Below are positions 20,983 to 31,304 of a stretch of 64,000 bases of DNA, piece after piece (the first letter of the stretch is position 1; each line of letters opens with the position of its first letter). The notes below the pieces were generated by a model. That model searched no databases and was not told where the DNA came from. It saw only the letters and a program-made list of their open reading frames with translations. The stretch is from an uncultured Nitrososphaerota archaeon (GTDB lineage: Archaea > Thermoproteota > Nitrososphaeria > Nitrososphaerales > CADDZS01). Both the position numbers and the translations under genes were made by a program. The stretch spans positions 992,001-1,056,000 of the forward strand of contig CAWCYI010000006.1 in assembly GCA_963799845.1 (NCBI GenBank), read 5' to 3'.

Positions 20983-21124
20983 ATTCTCAGAACCTACTTC
21001 TCTTCTTCTTCCCTTTCTCTTTCTTCTTCTCTTTCTCCACTTGATCATGCCAGCTCAGATGAGTTCGATAGACTTCGGAATCTAGCAGGACGACTTGACA
21101 GAACGGACAGATCCATCCGGGGGG

Positions 21125-21286
21125 TCAGAGCTCATTTCTTGCCCTTCCCCCTTCTCCATATTTCTGAAGCGAAAATAAAAATCTGACCGTTTCAGGAATA
21201 TTGAAAAGCTTCCTTTTCTTTCGTTCTACCTCAAGAGCTTTGTACATCTTATCTGTGACAGAGAGCATGATCTTTTTCATCGGCAT
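21125..21286 (-). CDS. Small RHH-like DNA-binding protein
   Basis: Manual translation MPMKKIMLSVTDKMYKALEVERKKRKLFNIPETVRF (53 aa, below ORF-track cutoff). Confidence 0.55.
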   Translation of the reverse strand: MPMKKIMLSVTDKMYKALEVERKKRKLFNIPETVRFLFSLQKYGEGGRARNEL

Positions 21287-21737
21287 GTCATATTCGTCCG
21301 GTGACAGTTTTTTTCACTTTCCTTACTCTGACTTTGACTGCTTTGTCAGATACTGTCCAAATGTAGAGGTTATTTTGAAACTACGGATTCCAGCGTGTTT
21401 CTCTGCCCTCAGCACAAAGAACAGGTACGATTGCAACGTGAAAGAAGGGAATTAGAGAAAACTTGCCCGGTATGCAATACCAATCTTGGATCTAAGTTAG
21501 CGCTGAATGAATACAAATGGAACGTCCACGCGTATTAGTCCCTTATGAAACTTGAAGTTCAAAGGAAAGAAGTGCAAGATAGATGGCTCAATAGAAAGGC
21601 TTCAGATCTTCATGGTTATTGCGGCCCATGTTATTACGATATTCAGTTTGACTCTTGCGGGTAGAGACCTGTCGACAACCGTAATGTAAGGTTGATTTAC
21701 TCGTGTATATCTTCTCTCGTCCATTAGATGGTTAACC

Positions 21738-22997
21738 TTGAATCACAAAGTTACAGTAATAACTGCGATAGCCCTGTGCATGCTTTTTTCAGTAATGCCT
21801 TCTCTGTTTGCAAGCGTCTCTGCCTTTAGTGCGACCACGGCAATTAATCTCAGCAATGACTCATTCAACGCAACATACCCAAATGTTCAGAATGTCGGAA
21901 GCGCAGTCTATGTAACTTGGTCTGAACATAGTCACGGCGTTTGGTTTAGGACGAGCCCCGATGGAGGAGTAACTTGGTCAACAGCAATTCGGTTAAGTTC
22001 TAGTGGTACTACTTCTTTCCCTTGGATGGCTGCACTTGGAACTGACGTGTATGTTACTTGGGCACAAGCTGGAAAGATCTACATTGCTATTAGTACTAAC
22101 AGTGGCTCTTCGTTTTCAACAGCAGTCGTGATTAGCGGAGCTGTTCTGTCCTGCGAGACGCCATCGATTGCAGCTTATGGAAATGACGTTTATGTTGCAT
22201 TCGACGGCGGAGGACACGCCTACGTAACCGCTAGCTCTAACAATGGAGCAGCTTGGACCACACCTTTCCAATATTCATCTGGTGGCGAACCGCAGATAGC
22301 AGCTTGGGGTACGAACGCTTACGCGATCGCTGACACTTCTAGCAGAGCCACTACAACCATTGCAGTATCTACGAACAATGGTATGACTTGGACTAAATCT
22401 GGATCAGGAGGCGGTTCTGAACCAATGATTGCGGCATACGGTACAAACGTTATTGCGGCTTGGGAGTCTAAAGGCACGGCAAGCACTGTGCACGTGATCA
22501 CAGGTACTGATTCTGGCAAGACATTTACAAAGCCATTTCTACTTTCGTCTACTGTCCCTAACTCATGGGCTCCAATGCCTACTATCTTTGGCAACACTGA
22601 ATATGTAGCGTGGCGATCTCACCCTGGTTCTTCACTCTCACAGGAATATGTTTCTGTCTCGCTCGACGCTGGAAAGACCTGGAGTTTAGCAACAGCGATT
22701 GGTGTCGCTGGAAGAGACAACTCGTGGCCAGTTACAGTTGCAGCTACCAGCAATACAGCATTCATCGCGTGGTATCAAAAGACAGGTACGACTTCTACTG
22801 CTTCATGGCAAGCCGATATAGTCGAGGGAACAAATGGAAACTCATGGACAATTTCACCAACACGTCTTGGTGGTTCTATTGCTGAGAGTGACATAGCGAC
22901 TGCTTCTATCTCGTCTTTCGGGTCCACAGTCTTTGCCGTATGGACTAACACGACAACATCAGGAAACACTCAAGTCTATTTCTCATCAGGATCCTAA
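21738..22997 (+). CDS. Secreted BNR/Asp-box (sialidase-like beta-propeller) protein
   Basis: Signal peptide; repeated S-x-D/N-x-G-x-T-W/F boxes and VYVTW blades. Confidence 0.85.
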   Translation: MNHKVTVITAIALCMLFSVMPSLFASVSAFSATTAINLSNDSFNATYPNVQNVGSAVYVTWSEHSHGVWFRTSPDGGVTWSTAIRLSSSGTTSFPWMAALGTDVYVTWAQAGKIYIAISTNSGSSFSTAVVISGAVLSCETPSIAAYGNDVYVAFDGGGHAYVTASSNNGAAWTTPFQYSSGGEPQIAAWGTNAYAIADTSSRATTTIAVSTNNGMTWTKSGSGGGSEPMIAAYGTNVIAAWESKGTASTVHVITGTDSGKTFTKPFLLSSTVPNSWAPMPTIFGNTEYVAWRSHPGSSLSQEYVSVSLDAGKTWSLATAIGVAGRDNSWPVTVAATSNTAFIAWYQKTGTTSTASWQADIVEGTNGNSWTISPTRLGGSIAESDIATASISSFGSTVFAVWTNTTTSGNTQVYFSSGS

Positions 22998-23347
22998 AGA
23001 CCCTCTCTTCTTCAGAGAAAGCAGGAGTGAAAGTCGAGGGTCAAAATAAGTCATGACTTCCACTAGCTCATGTTCTTGAAGACACATCTTCTCGGCGATC
23101 GTCTTAGGGTTATTCAGATAGAATCCTCTCGTAACAAGCTTGTCATATTTTCTTGAACGGCTCTTGGTATGTATTAGGGGTACGGTTAGAGTAATTTTCA
23201 GCTCTGGTTCAGATACTTGAGACATTCTAGTACGCTATCTTATCGAGACGCTTCGGCCTTAACTGTTTCGCTCGCATGAGCCATGCTTTCAAAAGGCATG
23301 ATTTAGTGAAGAAGGTCTAAATCTCTCTATTCTTGAGAGTTCTGAAG

Positions 23348-23629
23348 ATGCCAAAGGACGATCACGAAATCAAAAGAATGCTTCAAGATGGAATTAACGT
23401 CTCTGTTTCTGCACGAGATTATGATTATTACACTCTAAAGCGCCTAGCTCGGGAAGCAAGGGAAGGGAGGGCTTCTCTTAGTATCTCCGACTGTGATAAA
23501 CTCGAAAGAAGTGAAATGAGAAGAATATCCGAAGAGGGAGAGGATTCTGTTACCTTTGACTTTCCTCACCGAGCGCCCGAAGAGAATGAAGATGAGGAAG
23601 CCGAGAAGGATGAGGAAGAGAGTCAATAG
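23348..23629 (+). CDS. Hypothetical protein with acidic tail
   Basis: Compact ORF with internal duplication and protein-like composition. Confidence 0.55.
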   Translation: MPKDDHEIKRMLQDGINVSVSARDYDYYTLKRLAREAREGRASLSISDCDKLERSEMRRISEEGEDSVTFDFPHRAPEENEDEEAEKDEEESQ

Positions 23630-23806
23630 GGAGCTTTGGAGAAAAAGATCCCAAACTCTGATCTTTAAGCGAAATCCGAAATCAGAACCCTTCCTGGAGT
23701 TAATCCCACCGGAGATTCGGATTCAAGTTCTGGGCCAAGTCGAGTAATTCTCTGGAAGGAATTTCTTCTCAGCGGCAGAGATTGTTCAAGGCTCACCATC
23801 GGACTA

Positions 23807-24043
23807 TCAACCCTCGACTACTATCATGGTCAGTGTCGAACGTACTTTCTCAAGCGTTCGGAGCCTGTGCGTAACAGTATCCTTCACCTTGTCCAAGGAT
23901 TCAGCCTCGACTTTGACGACAATGTCATAGACTCCGTAAACGACGTGAACCTCGGCCACGTTGGGAACGCTCTTTATCTGATTGAGTATGTCTTGCTCGG
24001 CTCCGAGGTCCGCATTTATCAAAACAAAGGCTTTGGCGGTCAA
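23807..24043 (-). CDS. Stand-alone Lrp/AsnC ligand-binding (RAM) domain protein
   Basis: AFVLIN...VYGVYDIVVKV...VRSTLTMIV; likely TTG start at 24043. Confidence 0.9.
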   Translation of the reverse strand: MTAKAFVLINADLGAEQDILNQIKSVPNVAEVHVVYGVYDIVVKVEAESLDKVKDTVTHRLRTLEKVRSTLTMIVVEG

Positions 24044-24203
24044 TGCGCTCTTCGTGGAGAAAGGCTTGCCACCATAAAAGTCATCCGTCGCATTATTTGC
24101 CGCTTGTAGGCTGTGGAGAAACAAGCAAACAAAAATCTTGATTCTCCGCATTCGAATGCAACAAGAAATATAACTTGAAGGAGTTTGCCCTCGATATTTT
24201 CTG

Positions 24204-24324
24204 CGTTTCGGTGACTTTTGATTCTCGTTGCTTTGAATCCACTCTCTTTCAACTTGAAGTTCATTCATGCCTTAATTTCAAGAACCGCGTCAGAACCGAG
24301 GGGTTTCAAAAAACCTGTCGTCTG
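24204..24324. repeat. Dispersed repeat R1, copy b
   Basis: Matches 13675-13789 in the same orientation. Confidence 0.85.
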
Positions 24325-24493
24325 AAATGACCGACGATTGGTCTGCGGTGGGTTACGACTTCATTTCCAGACCGAACGTTTCTAGTTTCATCAGAACGAG
24401 TACATTAGAGTCCTCAGGCTAAATGGTGCCTTGTAAACTTGTGAATATCTATCTTTTATAGACCCAATAAACTCCAAGCTTCATCGACGACGA

Positions 24494-25735
24494 ATGAAGA
24501 GCGAAAAAATATCTGACTTCGAATCGTACACTGTTTCTGTTCCTATAGAGGCTCCGATCAGACATAGCAACGGTGTGCATCCTGGCTGGTTTACGATGAC
24601 CCTTGTCAAAATTCAAACCTCCTCTGGATATGAGGCTTGGGGCGAAGTGGGAGGCGGTGGGTTCAGTCTCCAATCATTTCTTCGGTCGATCGGTACAAGA
24701 ATTATTGGAGAGGATATCTTCAACATTCAAAGAATACAGTGGAAATACACCTCGCCAATAACAGCAACATACTATAATCAGCTTTTGCCGCAAATTTGGT
24801 TTCCGCTTGAGACTGCTCTTCTTGATGCTCAAGGTAAAGTTCTTGATCTTCCAGTCCATTCTATTTTAGGCGGCAAGCTCAGAGATGAAATTGAGGTCTC
24901 TGCTTATTTCTTTCCTCGTTATGAGCGCAATGGTGAAGGTGGCGAAGCTACTCCCGAAGAGGCGCTGAACCTACTAAAAAGATGGAAACAAAAATTCGGA
25001 TTCAGAGTACACAAGATCAAGGGAGGGGTTTTCATTCCTCGGCATGACTTGGACTTGATGATGTTTCTAAATGAGAACCTACCGGGAGATACCTTTCGAT
25101 TGGATCCAAATGGCGCATGGAACGTGGCTGATGCTGCTTTAGTAGCGCGAGAATTGGAGCACAACCGCGTCCGAATGGAGTATCTTGAAGATCCGGTGTG
25201 GGACCTTGGAGCGCTCGCTAAAATGAGAAGTCATACTAGCATACCTCTGGCAACTAACACCTCTATTACAGGATTTGAAGACATCCTAGCCGCTCAGAAA
25301 CTAAATGCAGTCGACATAATCTTGGGAGACCCCCATTGGTGGTGGGGTGCACGCGGATTCCAACAATTAGGGAAGGTCTGTCAAACTAATGGGTTCGGGC
25401 TAGGTATGCATAGCCCTGGAGAACTTGGGGTCGGACTAACAGCAATGGTTCATGCCGCCGCCGCAACAGTTCAACTCGGCACAGCTATTGATACTCACTA
25501 TTGCCATCTTGTCGATGACGTCATAAAGGGCCGTGTTAAGATAGAGAATGGAAGAATACGTGTTCCGGACAATGCTGGTTTAGGTGTCGAAGTTGATTAC
25601 GAAAAAGTCCAGGAATATTAGAATCTCTACGAGGAAAGAAAAGAATATTCGTACTCGGTCGATCCTGAAAGACCGAATTGGTATCCAATGATACCGGAGC
25701 ATTCGTATGCCAATTGCACTTGTCATCATGACTGA
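24494..25735 (+). CDS. Enolase-superfamily glucarate-dehydratase-like protein with in-frame TAG at 25619-25621
   Basis: HKIKGG, RLDPNGAW, YLEDP, LATN, MHS, DTHY; frame continues (NLYEE..RPNWYPMIP) to TGA 25735. Confidence 0.85.
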
Positions 25736-25766
25736 AACAACGAGCAGGTTTAATGCATGGTTAGTT

Positions 25767-25942
25767 GGTTATAGCGAAAAGTCAAGCCAGGACTAATGCC
25801 TGAGACTCGGCCTTCATTTCGGCATCTAGCATTTCATCGAAATTCAACTCAGTTGATGCGCAGGCTCTCTTTTAGGAATCGAATTGAAGAAAAAATCTTC
25901 CTCGAAGAGGGTAAGAATAATTACAGGTAGAGTGCAAAAACC
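25767..25942. repeat. Dispersed 176-bp repeat R2, copy b
   Basis: Matches 14064-14239; overlaps the last codons of the MFS gene. Confidence 0.9.
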
Positions 25943-27063
25943 AAGACTAGTGCAAATAACGCTCCTGCAGGCCACGCTACACTGTACCCAGCACTTGTCA
26001 CGATGGCTGAAAATAGGACAGGAGCAACAAACCCTCCGAGAAGGGATATGCTATCAGTCCAGGCGACCGTGATCGATTCGTACTCGTTCCTGATCGATTT
26101 CCCAATTTGTCTCGCCTTCGTAAGCCCTATAGTATACCCGGTACTTGCACCGATTGCGACCAGAACAGACGACAAGATTGCCGCGTCAGCGGTCCCAAAT
26201 GTTGTAACCGCTACTCCGCCAGCTACAACGAATGAAGAGAATAGCATCCACATTTTTAGCCTCCCGGTCCGATCGTAGTATCTCCCAATGACTGGGGCTG
26301 TGAAAGCAAATAGTGGTCCTACACCTCCTATCAAACCGGCCTCGCCCGGCGGAAGCCTAGCTTCAGTTTCAAGAAAGTAAACTAGAAAATTGGCAGTAAT
26401 ATTTGAGCTCGCACCAATTCCAAAGAGTGAAATTGTCAGCAACGAAATTTGTCTGTTTGAGAAGGCTAACCTCAGATCGCCGATCGACAGTTTAAAGTTC
26501 TGCAGTCCGGTTTCGAGCTTCGGAAGCGAAATGACCATCAATATCCCGAGTCCGGCAGAAAGAAGTCCTCCCAACAGAAGGCTCAGCCTCCATCCCAGTA
26601 TTGAGCCAAGGATCGCCCAACCAGCTAAACCAATAACACTGCCCAAGTTATACGAAAGGCTGTTCCAACCGATCGCGGCTCCTTCGGATCCGCTCTTGAA
26701 GTAGCGCGTTAGAATAACGATTACCGGGGGAAACGCGGCCCCGATCCCAACTCCTACTGCAAATCTCGTTACGAGAAAAATCGAGAAGTTTGTAGTTAGC
26801 GAGCCCAGGATGGATGAAGCTGCGCAAAGAAACATCATGTAAGCGATCGCATTTCTCGCTCCAATCCTTGCTTCCAGTATTCCCCCTGGAATTTCTGCAA
26901 TACAAATGCCGAGAAACATCAGAGAACTGGCAAGCCCGAGTCCGGCGACTCCCTGTCCAAAGTCCGGACCGACGAGGGAGAAAAGCGACGCTAAATTGGA
27001 TTGTAAAACGGAAATCAAAAGATTGGAAGCAAGGATTATCACGATGCGGGAGCGGTTTGTCAA
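25921..27063 (-). CDS. MFS transporter (12-TM)
   Basis: GILEARIGAR motif-A variant, RFAVGVG, GRYYDRTG. Confidence 0.9.
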   Translation of the reverse strand: MTNRSRIVIILASNLLISVLQSNLASLFSLVGPDFGQGVAGLGLASSLMFLGICIAEIPGGILEARIGARNAIAYMMFLCAASSILGSLTTNFSIFLVTRFAVGVGIGAAFPPVIVILTRYFKSGSEGAAIGWNSLSYNLGSVIGLAGWAILGSILGWRLSLLLGGLLSAGLGILMVISLPKLETGLQNFKLSIGDLRLAFSNRQISLLTISLFGIGASSNITANFLVYFLETEARLPPGEAGLIGGVGPLFAFTAPVIGRYYDRTGRLKMWMLFSSFVVAGGVAVTTFGTADAAILSSVLVAIGASTGYTIGLTKARQIGKSIRNEYESITVAWTDSISLLGGFVAPVLFSAIVTSAGYSVAWPAGALFALVLVFALYL

Positions 27064-27073
27064 GAATATCCAC

Positions 27074-28489
27074 TCAGGGCAGGATCCTTCTCCCGCGGAG
27101 GAGGGACGGGATTATTGCCACCGCGTTGACTACAGCGAGGACAAGGTAGACTAGATGGAGACCCCCGGCGAAGGTTGTCCTCTCCGAGAGGCTGAGGGCG
27201 GTGGGGTTTATCGAAGATATCATGTTAGTAATGAGGGAATAAGGTACATTGACCACCATCAGGAGGATGGCAACGTTGAAGCTTACCGTGTATCCAACGT
27301 TGAAGAAAGTCGCCCTTAGTGCCGACGCAACCCCGCGACTCTGAGCCGGGACCGAGCCCATGATGGAACTAATGTTCGGCGAAGAGAAGAGCCCTGTCCC
27401 CAGGCCGCCTAGAACCAGGAGCAAGAGGATGTTGAAGTACGGTGTGTTGACAGATGCCTCCGAGAAGAGAAAGAGGGACGCACTGATGACCACCAGGCCC
27501 GAGGTGGTGAAAGGCAAAACGCCATACTTGTCGGAGAATCGGCCGCTGAGCGGGCCTGCTACTAGGAACCCGAAGTCGAACGGGAGCAGTGCCAGCCCCG
27601 CGCGGAGCGGCGAAAACCCCTCGACGAGTTGCAGGTATAGGCTGACAACCAGGATGAATGCGCCCCAGGCGATGCTGCTGATCATCTGAGCTACAGAGCC
27701 ACCGGTGAACTCCCTTATGCGTAATAGACTCAGGTCGAGAAGCGGATGCTCGATACGGTGCTCGAGGTACACGAATGCAGCCAATGAGACGGCCGCGAGG
27801 ACAATCAGCCCTATGACCAACGGGAACTCAACAAACCCGTAAGCCGCGAACGTCAGAGATAGCAGCAGAGAAGTGATGAAAACTGTGAAACTGATGAAGC
27901 CGGGCCAGTCCCACGGCGCTGTCCGCTCCATCTTGCCTACCTCGTGCAGGCGCCTGAAGGCCCAGACGGTGCCGAAGATGCCCACTGGAATGTTGATGTA
28001 GAAGAGGTACCTCCAGTCGAGGACCGCCAGGATTAGTCCGCTCAATGTGAGGCCGGCAATCGAGCCCGCCCTAAATGCGATCTGGTTGATCCCGAGCGCC
28101 GTACCGAGCTGGTTGTGCGGGAACGCGTCGGTGATGATGGCCGCGCTGTTCGTGAAGAGGGCGGCCGACCCGAGGCCCTGAAAGATCCTGGCCGCGATGA
28201 AAGCGTTCGGGTCACCGGAAGAGGCCGTGAGGAGAGAGCCGATGGTGAATATTGTGAACCCCAGAGAGTAGACCTTGACACGGCCGAACATATCGCTGAC
28301 CCTTCCGATGAAAAGGAGCGCGATCGTGCTTCCTATCGTGTATGCCTGGGTAAACCAGATTGCCTGTTCGGCGTCGGCATGGAGAGCAGCGGCTACGACT
28401 GGGAGGCCAATTACCACTATCCTCCCGTCGATTCCACTCATCAGAACCCCGACGGTTGTGACTGTGAGCACAGTCCACTTGTACTGCAT
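27074..28489 (-). CDS. MFS DHA2/EmrB-QacA-type drug efflux transporter (14-TM)
   Basis: GRVSDMFGR, RIFQGLG, WRYLFYINIPVG, PLLDLSL. Confidence 0.92.
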   Translation of the reverse strand: MQYKWTVLTVTTVGVLMSGIDGRIVVIGLPVVAAALHADAEQAIWFTQAYTIGSTIALLFIGRVSDMFGRVKVYSLGFTIFTIGSLLTASSGDPNAFIAARIFQGLGSAALFTNSAAIITDAFPHNQLGTALGINQIAFRAGSIAGLTLSGLILAVLDWRYLFYINIPVGIFGTVWAFRRLHEVGKMERTAPWDWPGFISFTVFITSLLLSLTFAAYGFVEFPLVIGLIVLAAVSLAAFVYLEHRIEHPLLDLSLLRIREFTGGSVAQMISSIAWGAFILVVSLYLQLVEGFSPLRAGLALLPFDFGFLVAGPLSGRFSDKYGVLPFTTSGLVVISASLFLFSEASVNTPYFNILLLLVLGGLGTGLFSSPNISSIMGSVPAQSRGVASALRATFFNVGYTVSFNVAILLMVVNVPYSLITNMISSINPTALSLSERTTFAGGLHLVYLVLAVVNAVAIIPSLLRGRRILP

Positions 28490-28979
28490 TTGAGTCAGCC
28501 GAGAGCTGTCCCGAAGTCTGTTATTCCTCTTCCGTAGAACAAATTGTTGAAACGGAACTAACTGACTAGCTTAAGCACCAAAGTAGCTTCTTTTCTTCTC
28601 CCACTTTATCGCTGTTCAACGTCGAAGTACTTTCTCGAATCTTCGTTGAATACGCTATCAAATTTCCCGGTTCCGAAAGAGAAAGGCGACGGAGTGGTTG
28701 AGAAATCTGTTTTCTCTGCTCATCAAAATTCTGTCGAAAAGTACATGCCTTTCCGGTGTCAACTTCAATTTTGTAGTGCGCCGAATTTCTCCGCCTCATA
28801 CTCTTTTCATGAAATTTTGCTTTTCAATGGTATTTACAATATGTGATATACTCATCAGGATTGTTCTCGGCGAAGTAATTTTTTGTGATACGAGTGTCGG
28901 CAAAGGCGGAAGGATAGCTGATCTCAACGATTCTCGACCTCCCTTTTCATACGGCTGACCTATGTGCACGAATTTTCAA

Positions 28980-28998
28980 GTTTGGGCTTACTAGTAAA
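28980..28998 (-). repeat. R3 terminal motif, inverted copy
   Basis: GTTTGGGCTTACTAGTAAA is the exact reverse complement of 29888-29906. Confidence 0.8.
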
Positions 28999-29105
28999 GG
29001 CTCAATTCAGAAAGAATCACAAAATTAGTACTAGTCAAGAAGCTGCTAGTCTTCAATTGAAAGAAGTTATTAATTTGGACTAGTAGTCAGAGGATGACCA
29101 TCTAA

Positions 29106-29600
29106 ATGCCTGAAGATATGATTGAACTTGAAAATGATCCTGACAACCCATGTTTCGGTTGTGGCCCGAACAATCCCGTTGGTCTGCACCTCCATTTCTT
29201 CAAAAAAGGGAATGAAGTTTTCGCGGAGAAAACCTTTGGAAAAGGATTCGATTGCTGGCCAGGTCAGCTTCACGGAGGAATCATTTTCGGGATACTTGAG
29301 TGCACCTTGCAGTGGACATTCTACTCAGAGACAGGGCATGTGGGGCCGACTAGAAAATTCACATTTGACCCTTCAGGTCAAGTGTTTATCGGAAGACCGG
29401 TCAAACTTCTGGGCTGGGTGACCAAGCGTAGTCCTGATAGCATTTTTCTCAGGGCAGAAGTTATCCAAGACGGCACCGTTAGAGCATCTATCGACAGCGA
29501 GATAGCAATGATCTCATCGATAGAGGAATTCAAACGGCTTCGACCCACAGTTGAAATTGATGATGTCATGAGACGAAATCTTGCGAACTTTTCGACCTGA
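29106..29600 (+). CDS. PaaI/hotdog-fold thioesterase
   Basis: CFGCGPNNPVGLHL and WPGQLHGGI. Confidence 0.88.
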   Translation: MPEDMIELENDPDNPCFGCGPNNPVGLHLHFFKKGNEVFAEKTFGKGFDCWPGQLHGGIIFGILECTLQWTFYSETGHVGPTRKFTFDPSGQVFIGRPVKLLGWVTKRSPDSIFLRAEVIQDGTVRASIDSEIAMISSIEEFKRLRPTVEIDDVMRRNLANFST

Positions 29601-29763
29601 AAATTTTCCGAATCAGGCTGAGGAAACTGGTCCTTTCTCATCGGTACTCTGTTAGCACTTGCCTTCAGCTGGAGCCACCGAAAGTCTCTAAGTTACACAC
29701 AGGAGAATAAACAGGAACTCCTTACGAGGCACTTTTTAAATAGACTGAAGTATCTCACTTTAT

Positions 29764-29912
29764 CTCTCCAGGGCAACTCGCTGTAGAATCGACTTTACCG
29801 AAATGCTGAGCCAAGATACGAACAGAGGGGTCCTGGGAGTTAGAATTGAACCAAGTTAGGTCGGAATCCCATCCTAATTTGGCAATTTTTACTAGTAAGC
29901 CCAAACCCAAAC
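29764..29912 (+). repeat. Dispersed structured repeat R3, copy a
   Basis: Aligns to 32354-32490; 3' tail matches 43264-43290. Confidence 0.88.
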
Positions 29913-29979
29913 CTCTGACGTAGATCTCGTTGTTTCTTGGAGTTCACGTTTTGCGTCCTTGCAATTTACTTGCGAAAGC

Positions 29980-31107
29980 TCAGTAGGGGGTCAGAGGCCC
30001 GAACGAAGCTAAGGGCAGTACGTTGTTCGGCGGAAATATCCTGATTCGTGTCCACCCTGCAGAAATAGACGCGGAGTTTCCTATCCACACCAGTAGTGTC
30101 CATGGCAAAGCAATCTTGGGGATATCAGAGGAAGTGGTAAGCTGGCTACCGTAGTTCAGTTGTTGATACGCTCGGGATGTTGTCCATGAATCAGTCCAGA
30201 TTGCGTAACCACTCGGTTCTGATTGAGATAATGTATATTGTTGTGTTCCGCCTCTCTGAGTAATCAAAAGAACCAGGCCAGAATCGGCATATCCCGTAAC
30301 AACTCCATTCTGATTTATCGTGCTTGTTTGTTCGGGCCCGATATTCATGTAATAACTTCCGACTGCTGCGCGCGTTAGAGAATCAAACGTAACATTCGGC
30401 GAATAAGTCGTCTTTGTCTGGATTCCGCATCCGTAGCAGTTTGAAGTGGATACAGTTAATCCATTATTAACGGTGAATGCTGGTTTTCCAAATGTACTCA
30501 TACAACTGCATAAGGAAGTTCCATTGAAGTTGTTATAAAATGTAAATACCCGCGGGCCGTTATCGTACTGCCCATACGTGGAAGTGAAAGTTGGATATGC
30601 TCCCCAAAATCCTAGAGAGCTGTACTCATTTGTCGACGTTGGAAAGATCCACAAGTAAATCTTCTGTGTTCCGAAAGCGGCAATCGAATGATCGTCTTTG
30701 ATCCAAACTTTTGAGTAAATCTGCGAACTGCCGCAGTTAGATTCGCACCAAGCAAAAAGCGGTTTTCCCAAGCGATCCGTGAATTCAACGTTCCTAACAT
30801 TTGGGGCAAGATGACTCATGTATCTGTTCCAATCAACACTCAAGAGAATTTGAAGGTTTGATCCAGTAGGTGCAGATTGATCATTTGATAGTGTTATTCG
30901 GACGCAATACGAAGGGGTTCCCAAACCTTGGAAAGTCGGACAAGTTTGTTTCGCAGCTGGAAGCGCACTTACGCTATCGCGAGTGCTGGATTGCGCAGCT
31001 GAAGATGATGCAAAAAGTAGAGGAAACGAAAAACCCACCAACGTCGAGACAACAAAAATTGAAACAGCGATTCCCGAAACGAGAGCAACGGACAATTTTT
31101 TTTCCAT
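29980..31107 (-). CDS. Secreted DUF2341-like surface protein
   Basis: ITLSNDQS.PT, NVRNVEF, AWCES, VWIK, YGQYDNG..VF.FYNNF.G, W.RIR..PPN.V.P. Confidence 0.7.
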   Translation of the reverse strand: MEKKLSVALVSGIAVSIFVVSTLVGFSFPLLFASSSAAQSSTRDSVSALPAAKQTCPTFQGLGTPSYCVRITLSNDQSAPTGSNLQILLSVDWNRYMSHLAPNVRNVEFTDRLGKPLFAWCESNCGSSQIYSKVWIKDDHSIAAFGTQKIYLWIFPTSTNEYSSLGFWGAYPTFTSTYGQYDNGPRVFTFYNNFNGTSLCSCMSTFGKPAFTVNNGLTVSTSNCYGCGIQTKTTYSPNVTFDSLTRAAVGSYYMNIGPEQTSTINQNGVVTGYADSGLVLLITQRGGTQQYTLSQSEPSGYAIWTDSWTTSRAYQQLNYGSQLTTSSDIPKIALPWTLLVWIGNSASISAGWTRIRIFPPNNVLPLASFGPLTPY

Positions 31108-31304
31108 TCTAGATAACTACGGCAATCCTTGAAAGGTAATTATCTCATATATCAAAATAGTATATCGATTTTCGATGTGCGAAGCTAGCCCCTGCCTAAG
31201 CTGAGTTTTCCACTCATCAACTGAAAGTCTCCTTTATCACTTGTTACCACCAGTTAGCAACTGGTTATCTAGGGTAGTTCAAGAAAACGTGGGGGAAATA
31301 AAAC

